NCBI RefSeq assembly: GCF_009914755.1
Contig: NC_060937.1
DNA: 64,000 nucleotides
Source: the human T2T-CHM13v2.0 reference genome, Homo sapiens
Strand: one strand, 5' to 3'
Shown here in pieces: positions 30,797 through 45,600 of this stretch (the first letter of the stretch is position 1; every line of letters starts with the position of its first letter). The notes beneath the pieces are model-generated. The model saw only the letters and a list, made by a program, of their open reading frames with translations, made no database searches and had not been told where the DNA came from. The position numbers were made by a program, and so were the translations under genes.

Positions 30797-31249
30797 ATTA
30801 GCAACTACTTGGGTTGGACCAGCAAAAGATGAACCACCAATTGCAACTCCCTGAACCTGGACTTGACCAGTCCGTGGTAGGAGATTCTGGATGTTGGCAG
30901 GTGTTCCAGAGGCAAGTAAGGTTTGATTAGAGCCAGGAATGATCTGAATTTGACTGCCTTCTTCATTTATACCCCCATTATCTGAAAAGCCTGTGAAACC
31001 AGTTTGAACCTGCCGACCATCTGTTGATTGGACTACGTACCATTTGATGAATCTGATCCTGCTGCGTCTGAAAATGTTTGCTCATTCTGCAGATTCTGAA
31101 GGGGGAGAACATACTGCCTGCCCACTTGAAGCAGCAGCACCTGGAATCTGTACTAGATTACCAGCTTCATCTTTTATAGTTGTAGGTGTGGCTGACAAAA
31201 CCTCCCATCAGTTTGGTGCTCCTCCTAACAGTGCAGAAGCCAAATCACC

Positions 31250-31620
31250 TGTCGCTCCAGCAGCGGCGGGTGCCCCGGCTCCGGCGGCCACCTCCTCCTT
31301 GTCGTCGCCGGGCGTTGGCGGCCCTATCTTGCTGCAGGTAGCGGCCAGCAGAGCAGGCGGTGACGGCTGAGTGTCCTACCCACGATGGGCGGGTTCAGAG
31401 AGGGAGACAAGGGGATGGGTGGCGGTTAGGGCTGGGCCGCCGCTCATACAGGAAGTGCGACTGGGTCCCCGTCGGCTGCGCCTGGGGGAACGCCGGCCGG
31501 CGCTCTCCTCCTCCTCGTCCCGCCACCGGCCCCGCCTGGCGTCCCCCGCTCGCAGGCACCCCGGCTCCCTTGTCCGCGGGCAGGTGGGCGCCGGCTACCC
31601 ATCCCCGGGAGGACGCCTCT
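31250..31620. promoter_or_regulatory. CpG-island-like 5' end of SP3 retrocopy
   Basis: About 40 CpG in 370 bp by manual count. GC boxes lie near 31387 and 31530, and an ETS motif CAGGAAGTG is at 31449-31457. Confidence 0.7.
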
Positions 31621-31732
31621 GTTATGTTTTCAATTAATTTAACAAACCAATATAGAAGAGAGAAAGAAAAATTATGTAAATGATTAATCATGAAATAATA
31701 GTAAACATTTGGGGATATTTATAAAACTGAAC

Positions 31733-32042
<310 letters not shown>

Positions 32043-34454
32043 TCATTTTTAAACTAAGGCAAATGATGGCTTTAATTTTCTCAAACATTAAAATTGCTAA
32101 TGTGAGTTTTGGAGGAAGAATGTGTGTGTATATATATATATATTCTTTTTATATATTTATTTATTTTATATATATAATTAGTTGTAATATATACGAAATA
32201 TTTTAAATTATTGCCAAAATAAATTAGTCAATGTATAATGGCCTATAGGAGGAAAATAAGTAATCATCGAACAATTTCTTAAAAAGTAATCCATTATTCA
32301 TTACACTCTGAAGGTCATTTTTTAGAGTGAAATAAAAGAGAAGTTGAACACATGTAACTCTTTTATGCAGGAATTATAAATTAAATTTGTTGACAAATTT
32401 GAGAAGATAATGTTTTCTGAATTATATTGTTATTTTCATTGAGAAATTAAATATATATAATTTAACTATAGCATCTTCTTTGAGGAAATTGGTTTTTTAG
32501 TTGTTTTAATTTGGAGAGTGGTAAAGATTATCATACCTTAATAAATATAATTTTTTTTTCACATTTGGCTCATATTAAACATTTCTATTAAGCTAAAATT
32601 GAGTATGAATTGGTTGTTAAGTAGTTAATATAAAAATGGATAAAAAGATACAATTTCCTCTCAGCTAACTGACATTCAGGCTTTTACATGTAAATTTTCT
32701 CATCAGGGTTACACAAGGATCTCAACATTGCCTGGTGCTCAGAAATTCTTGCAAGCCATTGTGGGCTTGAGGTATGGAATTCCTATGGAATACTAGGAAT
32801 AAACAAAGATATTAAAACTACTACCAAAGAAGAGTGGCCACTCAGCATTTCTTTTTGAAATAGATTTGTAGTTCTGAATAATAAGTAGAGAAGAGTGAAA
32901 GATAAGAATTCTTTGCAACTTGATACCTTGCAATAGCATAAGTGAACTACTCATACAAGCCTCAGTTTTTCTTTTCATACATTACTACCATATCACAAAA
33001 ATAGGATAGCAGTCAGCCCAAGAGTTTGACGAGGTGTAAACTTAACCTTTTTAATTGTTTTCATAGATATCACATGAGAGGCAGTATCTCACAACATGGG
33101 TTTTCAGCCAGACAGATGGGTTCAAAGCACCACTAGTAGGTAGTAACCACCTACTGGTTGCTGGAAAATATTGGCAAAGTTATTTTACATGCCTGTCATT
33201 TTCCAACTTATAAAATTAGGATACTCATATGTGAGGCGAAAGGTTAAGCTGCTGTACCAAAAAAAAAAAAAATGGCAGAGATTAAATCAAAATTTATTTC
33301 TCTTGCATGTATCATTCTGTCTGATATTGATCAAATTATTAATCAGAACCATGTGTATCTTGAAAATGTCAGTGATTTGTTTCCATAAATAATAAAAAGT
33401 ACAGGACAGGGAGGAATGGAGGAAAAAAGAAAGATGATAAAGTACACAAAAGAAATATTTATCTGCATGTTTCAAGGTAGTAAGATAAATGCTGCTTAAT
33501 ATTTTGTTTGGCAAAACAATAATGGCTATGATTCAAACATATTTTATGCATTCTTCCAGTAAGCTATGCTATTTGCCCAGTTACTAGAGATTGTCGATGA
33601 TCACATTCTTACAGAACTTCACTTAACGAAAATAACAAGGCAGGTTATCATGAACATAAGCTGTCCGAACTTGTTAGTAGCATTGAAACTATGTATAATT
33701 TTCTTTATGAAAATTTAGATTTTAATGGAAAATTAGAGGAATAACAAGGAAAGCTATTTATTAAAGTGAGAGTTAATTAACATTATTAAATATTAATTAA
33801 TATAACATTATATTAAACATTTTAACTTGCCGGTTGAACACTTAAAGCAAAATAAGCATAGAGGAAAAGCTTACACACATACAAAGACACAAATACACAT
33901 GGAGATAGTCAACATCTGTAATTAAAAACAAACCACATTTTTAGATGTCTTATATTAATATAAATATGTGAAACTAATGTTTGTGCACTGCTCTTTTCAG
34001 ATAATAGATTAGCATTTTGAAATATCTTAAAGTGATTGAAATGATAATTTATTTTATATATTAATGCCATTATTATTTAATGGGATTGAAATGATATTTT
34101 CTGAATTGATATACTATCCTTAATATGCAATGGAAATACTTTTAAAAGATTAGTTGAAAATACGAGTTGAAAAACATGTATTCTATATTTACATAGAACT
34201 CCACCAAACCATAAATGAACAGTCAATGAATAGATGTTTCTGCATCCTTACTATGTGCTTGGAATTACATTTTACATTTTTTAAAATGTAAAAAATAATT
34301 TTACATAAAATAATATTCTAAATTTTTCAGAATATACATTTTGTTTTAATGCTGGCAATGTAATTTTTATCTAGTAGATGATTTATCTATGAATATTTCA
34401 CAAAACCTACTTTTCAGAGTTTGTGTGGAGAACCAGCTGCCATGTGCGCTACTT

Positions 34455-34758
34455 TATTTTTATTTATTCATTTATTTTTTTTGAGACAGGTTCTCACTCT
34501 GTTGCCCAGGCTGGAGCACAGTGGTGCGATCATGGCTCACTGCAGACTCAACTTCCTAGGCTCAAATATCCTCCCACCTCAACCTCCCAAGGAGCTGGGA
34601 CTACAGGGGCACAACACCACGCCTGGTTTTTTTTTTTTTTGGTAGAGATGAGGTTTTGCCATGTTGCCCAGGCTGGTCTCTAACCCCTGAGCTCAAACGA
34701 TCCATCCACTTGGCCTCCCAAATGCTGGAATTACAGGCACGAGCCACTATGCCTTGCC
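34455..34758 (-). mobile_element. AluJ
   Basis: Reverse Alu with J diagnostics; flanking atgtgcgctact/atgtgcactatt. Confidence 0.9.
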
Positions 34759-35125
34759 TATGTGCACTATTTTAAATTTAAAAATTGACATAAAAGAGAA
34801 TATTTTGTATTAACAGTTAACGAGATAAAATGCAAATGGATTTTTGTTTTACAGTATAATAATTGGCTCAAATTAGGAATATTAAAGTAAAAAAATGTTT
34901 TTGCAGTGCTATCACATCTTTTGTTTTAATGCATCTGTATATTCCGCTAGCACAGAGCTGATCCAAAACACAATATTGTATATGCTACTACATGGGCATT
35001 CATCTCAATTTCTCCTTCCTTACAATGCATAATTCTCAAAGTCAATAGCTGAAATATCAACTGGTGGTACAAACTTGTGAGTTTTGATGACTCAAGTTTA
35101 TTGTTAAAAAACAGGTATTGGTGAT

Positions 35126-35536
35126 TTTGGATGTGATTTGGATCTGTGTCCTTGCCAAATTTCATGTTAAAATGTAATCTGCAGTGTTGGAAGTGGGGCC
35201 TGGTGGGAGGTGTTTGGATTATGGAGGTGTATCCCTCATGAATGGCTAACCTCCAACCCCTTGGTGATGAGTGAGTTCACCTGAGATCCAGTTGTTTAAA
35301 AGTGTGTGGCACCTCCCTCACAACTCCCTGTTGCTCCTGCCTTTGCCAAGTGATGTGTAACCTCCCACTCTGCTTTCTTCCATGAGTAAAACCTTTCTGA
35401 GGCCTCCCCAGAACCCAAGCAGATGTCAGTGTCACGCTTCCTGTGCAACCTGCAGAAATGTGGGCCAGTTAAAACTCTTTGTAAATTACCCAGCCTCAGA
35501 TATTTCTTTACAGCAATACAAGAGCAGCCTAACACA
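35126..35536 (+). mobile_element. MST (MSTA-like) MaLR LTR
   Basis: tttggatctgtgtcc...ggggcctggtgggaggtg...taaattacccagcctcag...ctaacaca. Confidence 0.85.
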
Positions 35537-36034
35537 ATGAGTTAGAAAGAAATAACAACACCAGATATATGATCTTAAGGATGAAAAGAACCAAACCAAC
35601 ATAGACATACAAACACATGCATATGTTGTGATACGTAGTAAATTTACGTAGAGAGTGTGCAAAGTATACTGACAAAAATAAGTTTTTTCCATTGTACCAG
35701 GAAAAAAAGTAACTTGGGGTAGTGGTTAAAGAAAGTTGGTCTAACAATTGTTCCAATACTTTTTGAAAAATGTAATATACTTTTTAACAATGTAATATAA
35801 ATGTAAAAAATATCTCCACAGACAAATCCAATATACAATAAACTTTGCAAATGATTTTTGGGAGAACACAATTCCCATTAAATTGATCTATAAGAACTCC
35901 AAGTGTCCATATGCCAGTTAAGCACAAATACCCATCATGAATTGTTTTCAATAAACAGTTTTGCGTTTAAACTAGTTGAATTTATAATTTATTAAACAAA
36001 GTAGAACAGATATACATATAAAATAATATTTTAT

Positions 36035-36404
36035 TGTGTTAGTCCATTTTCATGCTCCTGATAAAGACGTACCCAGGACTGGGCAATTTACAAATGAAAG
36101 AGGTTTAATTGGACTTACAGTTCCACGTGGCTGGGGAAGCCTCACAACCATGGGAGAAGACAAGGAGGAGCAAATCGTATCTTACATGGATGGCAGTAGG
36201 CGAAGAGTGAGATTGGGCAGGAAAACTTCCGTTTTTACAACCATCAGATCTTGTGAGTCTCATTCAGTATCATAAGAGCAGTGCAGGAAAGACCTGCCCT
36301 CGTAATTCAATCATTTCCCACTGGGTTCCTCCCATAGTATGTGGTAATTGTAGGAGCTACAATTCAAGGTGATATATGGGTGGGGACACGGCCAAACCAT
36401 ATCA
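36035..36404 (-). mobile_element. THE1B-like LTR
   Basis: ttagtccattttcatgctcctgataaagac...gggtggggacacggccaaaccatatca. Confidence 0.9.
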
Positions 36405-36544
36405 TCTAGGTAAGGAATTATCAGATCTATGTATTACTTGTCAAATGTCTATAGATACAGTTGTCATTAACAAAAATAATATAAAATGTTAATTGATAAA
36501 AACTTTGTGCACATATCGTTTTTATGTATGCTAAAACTTATGAA

Positions 36545-37610
36545 ACTGCTGCAAGAATGGCACTAGAGATCCTGAATACTATTTACTCAGATTTACCAAT
36601 TGTTAACATTTTTCCTATTTGCTTTATCATTCTCTCAATTTGTCTCCCTCTCTCTTTGAGGTAATATCTATATATTGTGTACATATATGGGTACACATAT
36701 ATATGCTTTTTTAATTAAGAAATTTAACATTGATATAATAATTTCTTCTACTCCAGATAAAATAATCACATTTCATGTATTATCTGTATAATGACCCAAA
36801 TTACTGTTTTATTTATGTAGGATCACGCAAAGCAAGGTCACACAAAACATTTAGTTTCCATGTCTCTTCAGTCTACTATCATCTGAAACGATTATCTGAC
36901 CTTTTTCGTTTAATCTTATTTTGTCCATTGTTAGCCTTTTTCATGGTTGAAAAATACAAATCAGTATTGTTTAAAACGTTTTTCAAATTGGATTTATTAT
37001 ATTCATTTTTGTACTTTTGCAATAAATGCCACAAAAGCAATGCTGTATTTTTTTACATCGTGTCACACAATATTTGTTTTACATAATATTTAGTCATAGT
37101 AGTTTTAACCTCTTGCTTAGGACAGTGTCTCCAATTTTTCTGTTCTGTAAAATGATCACTCTTCTGCTTATAATTTTTAAGTAATTTATAACAATAATTT
37201 GAGGCTATGTAAATTTTCCATTTCTCTTCAAATTTTCATCCACTAGTTTTAGCAGCCATGGATGAATTTTAACTCCAATTATTTATTCTATATTTATTAT
37301 ATGTCATTATTCTGTTAAAAAGAGTTTTCCATTATTCCTCATTTATTTATTCATTTACTTATTTCATCATTTTGGACTACAGACTTTTGATATTGAAAAG
37401 CTATTGATAGGTAATAATTTATCAATACCTTTCTTAAGATTGATGCTCAAATTGTTCCCAAATTTCTCAGCAGAAGTCCCTTCTAAAGTCCTCTTTGTTC
37501 ATTTGATATGCTACCGTCATTCTTTGAACATGTCCATACTTCCTGCAACAAAAATATATTCCCTGCCCAATGCCAAAATAAAATTCTTCTCCAAGAGGGA
37601 TGACAAATAA
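36545..37610 (-). mobile_element. L1MC4/5-like 3' region
   Basis: ttactcagatttaccaattgttaacatttt and ttgatgctcaaattgttcccaaatt. Confidence 0.65.
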
Positions 37611-38899
37611 TTGGAATATACATTGCTTCATCAATGCATTATTAAAACTATAACTTCTAACATGTAGATATTAGTTGCTTTTATAACATTTATGAAAAAG
37701 AGTTCCATTGTATATAACTTCAAATTTAATTATTATTTTAACGTGTATTTTTTATTTCAAATGTCAATTGAAATATTTCAGAAAAATCTCTACAAAATAA
37801 AATGAATAACAGAAGATGTTTATATATCAAATGCATAGCTAAACATTTCATATATAAGCTTGTTCTTATTAAGTGATCAATGAATACTCCAATGTTTACA
37901 TGATATTTTGATGATGTTTTGGTTGCAAGTATCTTGATGACTGTTAAGGTTAGCACATTTATGAAGAACGAGTGATGCTCAAGTCATACTGTATATGAAG
38001 TTTATTTTCCACAGTGTTTTAGTCTGTCATATATCAAACAACAAACTTGTATTTATTTAGTATTCAAGAATCATTTTGTGTATTTTGTTATGTCAGGGAC
38101 TAGGAACATAATGTGAAATTGAGCAGGGAGAATAAAAAATTAAGAGTATCCAATTGTATTTGGTGAGAGATTAAAAGAAAGTTGTTGTCTCATGAAGGCA
38201 TAAGAGTTAAAATATGCTCACACACAGCCCAGCATAAGCTCTATTTTAAATACCTATAACTTTCAGAGCACCTGTCTCTCCATCCATTCTGAAGCAAGTG
38301 ATTAAACCCTAAGCATATTTCTCAGAAACAGCTGTAAAATATGGAAGAGCTCTGAGGAAAGTACAAATACCATTTACATTTTGATGTCTAAAGAGAGACA
38401 CTTTGTCAGTTTGCAAAATTAGAGGTGAAATATAGGCATGAAGCCAAAATCTCTATCACTGTAAAGACTCATGCGTATTATACAATATGTCATATCAGAT
38501 TGAAGTAACAGCATTAAATAGTCTCAGCTAATAAAAGTTGTTCATTTTACTTAGATATTTTAGCATACTTTGGTAAATATCTCTGCTATGATGTCCATGT
38601 ATATTTAGTAAACATTATACTAATTAAAACATCTAATATTGAGATAATGAAGCAGATACTAGCACACCTTATAAATTTACTGATCTCTTAATTTTGTTCC
38701 TATTCCTTTATTTCATTCCTTCCCACAGTTTGGTGACTATTTGTGCCTCTTTTAAATGTCATTTACTGCTGAGATGCCATGGTTACCGCAAACATTCTCA
38801 AAACCTTTATATAATTATGCAAATTCATAATTATATTATTATACTTAAAACTAATTAAACAAAAAGTAGGTTGCCAATGTAATGTCAGATGTATACATA

Positions 38900-41380
38900 T
38901 AAATTTCTCAAAAAATTATAGAAAAAATATAAAAACTCTCTGATGAGTTAAATATGCTCAAACAAGTATTTTGTGATATGAAAAAAATGTAGATCAACAA
39001 CTCAAACACTAAGAAAAGAAATAGAAAAAGAAGAGTAAGAAATAAAATTAAAGACAAAATTTTTAAAAAGATTAATTTTGAAAAAATATTTGGTATAAGA
39101 ATTAAATATTCAATTACAAGGTAACCTAGGAGATTATATAACCAAAAAAAAAAAAACACCTAAATCTTAGGGACAATGGAGAAAAGCAGGGAAGCAACTA
39201 TGCAAATAAGATAGAAAAACAAGTAAATGTGTTTTGAGCAAGTATAGATGAAGGCAGTCAGAAAAAGAGCCAATATGTATATAACATAACTTCCTGAAAA
39301 AAGATAAAATACATGACATAAATATTAGTTGACACCCTAATCCACGAAAACACCACATTGATTAAAAAGTGAAGAGGAAAATTAAGACAAGAACGCAGAT
39401 AAAGAAGGGGGAGAAAGAGGAGGAGGTAACAAAAGATAAGGAGGAGGAAGAAGAAGAAGACCTGAGTTAACAAATTAATTAGTCCACTGGGTACCTGAGA
39501 AAATTGTTTCACAACAATCAATTTGAAATACATTTTAGTCAAACTACTAGAAAGTCAAAGCAACAAAAACAAAGAACTACTAAGCTACTAAAAACAAAAC
39601 AAAAAGAAAAAACCTTAGGTATCCGAAGAAAAAAAATCCAGTAACATAAAAAGACAAGATATTTGACTATCACAGTTCTCAAACGCATACAAATGAAAAG
39701 AGCCATGTCATTGCATTTTCAACAATTTCAAAGAAAGAAACTCTGAACTAATAATAGCCTAAAATAAAGGAAGGGATGGGGTGAAAGAATAACATGTAAA
39801 TATTTTATGGTCCGAAATAAATAGAAATAACACTAAAAATGGCAGAAGAATGAAGAGGAAAAGAGGAAAGGGGAATAAGTTGATTAACACTCTTCTATAG
39901 GCAGTATGTAGATTCCAGCAAAACCTGAAATAACAGATATAAAATCCTAAGTGAAATATAGAAAAATGAGAACACTACAAAATGTCCTAAATTCAAAGTT
40001 AACTACCATGAAAAAAATACAGAACTTTCTAAAATAGTAAATAAAATAAAAAGACAAGAAACCAACTCCATAGAAACAGAGGAAATATTATATAGAAAAA
40101 GAAACAGAGGTAATATTATATAAAATACAGTAACTGTGATAAAAAGTAATATGACAGAGTTGAGAGTTGAGACATTAGAAGTCATATTTTAATTCATCTT
40201 TTAAAAATGAATTTCTATTTGGTTTACAAAGCATTACTCAAATATAAACAATATACAAGAGGCACACTTAAAATAATTTAAAGAGGCTTAAAAAAATAAA
40301 GACAGACAATAATAAACTATCTAACACTATGAAAAGAAACAATTCCTCTCTCCGGGCGGAGATTGAGAGAGGGATCTAGGGAACCAAGGCTACCAGAAAT
40401 GCCACATGAAAACAAGTCAGGAAACAGCAACTACAAATGTTTAAAACTCACCATATCTCATTGACTCTGATCCACCTGTGTGCAGGAAACTGAAAGCACG
40501 TAGGAGCTAAGAATAAAGAACAGTCTAGTAATATGAACCAGTGCCTGCCTCAAGTGTGGCAGGCTGAAAATTGAATTTAATCAAATTAAATGGGTGCTGA
40601 ATCAAAAATGTCAACAGTATTTTAGAAAGTTCCTACAGAGTACAGAGTTTACACAAAATAATATTTACAGTTTCTAGATAAAACTCAAAATTGAAACCTG
40701 AAAAATGTGACTTATGATCAAGGGAAAAAAATCAATAGAAGACAACCACAAAATTATGCATTATACCCATTACATGGAACTATTAGGAATTTTAAAGCAG
40801 CTACTATTTCTATACTCAGTGAGGTGAAGAAATATACTTTCACACTAAGTAAAGAGAAAGAATGATTGAGCAAACAGAGACACTTATAAAATGAAACAAA
40901 AAAGAGAAGCAAAACAGTTTAAAAATGAAATTCTACACCAAAAAATAAAATACTTGAAATTAAAAAAAATCACTGGGCATGCTTAGTAGTAGAACGGATA
41001 TGACGGAAGAAAGTTAACTTCCAGATAAGTCAACAGAAAACATCCAATATAAAGAAAACGGAGAATCATGATTGAAGAAAAATAATTAACAGAACCTCAA
41101 AGATAGATGAAATAATTTCAAAATATCTAACATCCATGGAATTTGAGTTTCAGAGGGGAAGAAAGAGAATGGGGCAGAAAAAAAAAACACATGTAAGGAA
41201 TAATAGCTGAAATGTTTCCATATTTAGTGAGGGACTTATATTTATAGATTCAAGAATCTTAGGGAATCTGAAACAGGGTAAATTCAGACGTAAGTGTGGT
41301 CAGGTGTATGATAGCCCACAGGCTTCAAACCAAAGCTTAAGAGTTTATCTTGAAAGAAACAAGATAAGAATAAATAATGT
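38900..41380 (+). mobile_element. Old L1M 5'/ORF1 remnants
   Basis: A-rich ORF1 motifs acagaacctcaaagat, ctaacatccatggaatttgagtttcagagggg and atagctgaaatgtttcca. Confidence 0.6.
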
Positions 41381-42349
41381 GATTTCCCTGGACTCTTCAC
41401 ACGCCTTCCTCAAGCTAGCAATATGAAAATGTTTTTCTTGATATTTAATGTTCAAAGTAAATGAAATTTAAAAAGAATAACTTCACAAATGCTATGAAGC
41501 TACCATATACACCCGCTTTTACTCAGGAAAGGATTCAGAGGATACAAATTGAATAGAAGAATATTATTATATGATATTTCTGTGGATTAGGGGCAAATTC
41601 TAGTTTTTCCCATTCTTTAAAACTCAAAATATTTAAGAAGGGAGAGATGGGAGCATTTTCTATATTCAACGTAATTCCTGGCATAGATTCTTAAATTATG
41701 AAAGATGGGACTTTAGCAAGTAGTTATTGAAATGCATATGAGGGTAGAAATATGTCTTTGGGATTTGGAAAGACTGAGAGATTGAGAATACAGCTCTAAG
41801 TAACTCAAAAGAAGGATTTTAAGCTTTTGCAGTATTGTCATTTTCTGTGAGATAAAAGAGGGGTGATTGGAGATGATGAAAAAAAGAATATAGAGATAGT
41901 CATGTTGGGAGACAGACTTTTATTGTTACTACATTCACTAATATTAGTAAAATTATTTTAATAATATTTCCCTCTAATTATCATTCTCCCCTAGTGACAA
42001 GCAGCTTAAAGTAAGGTAAAGTTGGGTTAAACCTTGAACAATAAATTTTTACACATTTTTAAAGTAATTAATGTTTTACTATTACTTGCTATTTCATAAC
42101 AAATATAGCATCATTGTTATAGTTCTATATTTATTCTAAGTAGTGGTAGAACTTTTTTTGGTAAATCTACAATATAATACTCAGGCATAAGTTTAACTTA
42201 TATTTAATTTCAATAATTATAATAATTTAGTAACTTTAACATTTATAAAATGAACTGGCAAATGTTCAGGTCCATATTTAGAATTTTTAATTTTGGGCTT
42301 TTTGTTTAAAACATAAAATAGACTTATCTCTCATGCTGATATTTCAGAG

Positions 42350-42657
<308 letters not shown>

Positions 42658-45600
42658 AATATTTCAGTTTTATTATCAGCTGTCTTTGATTTGAATAATT
42701 TAATCGATTTTCAATTATTTAGATTTAACATGAAATTTCAGCTTTATTTTTCTTCTAAAATTACGTAAGTATACTAAATTTTCCTGCACTTCTGTGACAT
42801 CAATATTTCTTCATTTAACTTTATAAATAGAATAGTTGGTCCAATGGTCAGTTATCATATTGATCAATTTTGTTGTATTTTAGAACTTTTATCCATTAAT
42901 TGCATAGCCAATTTGCCACCCACGCAAAATTTAGATTTTATGCTATTATATTTGATCCATTACTCTACTGCCAGTGTAATAAAACTGGGTTGAATTCTAC
43001 TTTTTTAGATATGTACATATAACTTTCAATTAAGTCAAGCCAATATTTATAATATCAAAGAGCATTGCCAGATCTAAACTTTGCTCATTGAATTTGCCCT
43101 AATAAAATATTAAGTGAAATGTGGTAACATTAAAACTGATTTCATGGTGACCAGGAATAAACTCTTTTTTAAAAAAGTATGCAAACACATACACACACAC
43201 ATATAATTTATTATATATATTTAAATATTATATATATAATTATATGTAAACCTTTTAGAAAATAAAGCATGTTCTACTTAAACCATTTTTTTTTAACGTG
43301 GTTTGGCATGACCCAGTTCACAGAGCTTCTTGGACCTGGGCATCATTGCAATATCAGATGTGATTTAAAGCCTCAAAACAACATTGTGAACTTAGAAATA
43401 CATGCCTTGAAGTTTCATATTATTAAATACTGTTGTATTTAATTTTATTTTACATTGGGGTAATCAGTTATTCAAATGGAATGTAGTCTAAGCTAATGTT
43501 TTTTGAATGCTTCTGAACTTAAAGTAGTCACAAGGATTTCTCAGGGAACAATTTTAAATTTTCAGAATAAAACTTCCCAAAACACTGCTGAACATTACCT
43601 TTGGTTCAGTTAAAAGAAGAACATATATAAAGCTAAAATCAAGCCTAGGAAGGAAAGAGAAGATCCAAATTATTCCAATGTTATATTCTTTTCTGCTCTA
43701 GCATGTTATTCTGAAGTTGTAGGCGGCCACTGTAGATTATACACTCATTCCAATGGCCTACCCTAAAGGTTAGAGCAGGAAAAAAAGCATCCAGTAACTT
43801 AGGAGCTTGCCTTTTGTTACTTTAGAAGGCCACTGCTACAATTCAGAGAGGTCCTTAGAGAATGAGAACTTTCTCTGACAGCATTTTTGCCCAGTATCAA
43901 ATTCACTTTGAGGAAAAATTGCCACTCTACAGTTGATCAGGGGTCACATGTGGAAACAGAGACCACAGAGCATCATGATCATTCCCCACAGGTGAAGGTC
44001 CAGCTTGAGTGCAAATGGCAATGGTAACAAGACAAAGAGCTTCCCACTAAAATTCCATCAGGAAAGCTATTACAGTGTTTGGCTTTATGGATTCTGTCAA
44101 ACAGAAATGACTTCAGCTGCTGCATACCGCTAGCTGTAACCCCTGCCAAGTTCTGTATAGAGGCCAGTAGAACAGCTTGTTGAAATTTCCGGAGAGGCTG
44201 ACTCAGGGGAAAAAGAATAGTAGTATCATGTAATGTTCATCTAAGCTGCATCATGACTTTCAGAGAATCCAGTATAGTCTGTATTTATCTCCCAGTATAA
44301 AACCAATCTGAGAAATACCCAACTGTATAGTTCTCCCAGGCATATGGCTTGATATAGCTTCATGATCTTGTAAAACCTGCCTAGTAAGTAAATATTTAAA
44401 TTTAAAAAGAAATGGTTTTAACTGGGATAAGTTGTGAGGATTTTCCCCCCATTTAATTAGCAGTTATTCTTTCAGAAAAAATAGAAAGTAGTCACTTAGG
44501 CTCTTTGTGTGAAATTTGGGAAAAAAGTTCCTTGTTAATTTGAAATAGATACAAGAGCATTGCAAGTTCTATCAGAATTGAACATAAAGGGATTAATATT
44601 TAAGCGTTCCTTAAACAAATCAATAAAGTAACAGCTGAGTATAAATTTACAGGAAAGAAGTAAGCCATCAGTCGTATAAGTAATTTATCATCTCAAACAC
44701 AAGATGTTGACTGTTTAAAATGGGCATTTATCCAAATATCCATTTTTGAAATATTGTTCTTGAAACTTTTTTTAGGCCATTAGAGAAGAGGCAGTTTAAA
44801 TTTTGTTAAGATTATCAGAGAATACATGACTATGTAGCTCAATGAATTAAATAAATTAAATAAAATGTATTTTCTGAAACTTACTATGTCTTTGTCCTTG
44901 ATTTTATCTTCAAATTGCAAATCTTTACGAAGTGAACACAATTAAATCTCATCCTGTACTAAAGAAAAGTAATATAATTCTATTCCATTTTACCAAGAAG
45001 CCCAAATACTCTTATTTTACAGGCTTGTATTATATTAGCCAATATAATCAAAAGTAGGAAAATAAATTATACAGTTTCTTTAAAAAGTCCTGATAAAAGC
45101 TCACCATCTTCTCAAGAAAGTTTTGAGGCCAGTTAAAAAAAAAAGTATAAAAATCCAACTACCCTTTACTACTGCTATGGAGTTCTTTAAATAAAAGTAG
45201 CAAATATAAATTTAATTAACACTGTATGATTTAAAGCACTCTATAAGGAAAGCTGTTCACCAAAGCTAAACTTCTTTCTTTATATTTGAAACAACAGACA
45301 AATATATTAACATGTTTCTAGGAGATAATGAAATAGATCTTTTTGTTGTAAGAATATATCAATTCATGTGTCTTTTGACATTGTAAGAGAAAATATAAAA
45401 AGAAAAAGTCTTCATTATCTATATTTCCGTTATATGTTATTGATATTTGTATCAATTGAGGCTTATGCTATAAAAATTCAGGGTGTAGCTTTACATTCCA
45501 TCAGACTGAAATGGAGCAGTTATTATAGAAAGCTAGGACAGATATTAGTTCACTGGCTTTCAATGCACTTTAAGAGAATAATGTACCAATAATAATAACT

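Larger units (their letters stand above)
27841..31615 (-). pseudogene. SP3P: Processed pseudogene of Sp3 transcription factor
   Basis: Minus-strand translations match SP3: Sp box (ALLAATCSKIG), Gln-rich activation domains, IKEE motif, Btd box CTCPNC, three C2H2 fingers and the C-terminus VSGNETME. There are no introns across the coding region. Premature stops lie at 31208-31210 and 30596-30598, with additional frameshifts. AATAAA is at 27868-27873 (minus) with a short A tract at 27841-27847. The direct repeat CCTCTGTTAT flanks it at 27832-27841 and 31616-31625. Confidence 0.96.

Noticed and set aside
27841-31615. Functional SP3 gene or intact retrogene
   Set aside because: It has multiple stops and frameshifts, no start ATG, a damaged finger 3, and retroposition hallmarks.
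31044-31691. GC-rich ORFs of 88-108 aa on both strands
   Set aside because: They are antisense or alternative frames of the GC-rich pseudogene 5' end, where stop codons are scarce.
43600-44350. Higher-complexity non-repeat stretch as an exon or enhancer
   Set aside because: No ORF or convincing splice structure, and it cannot be supported without conservation or expression data.
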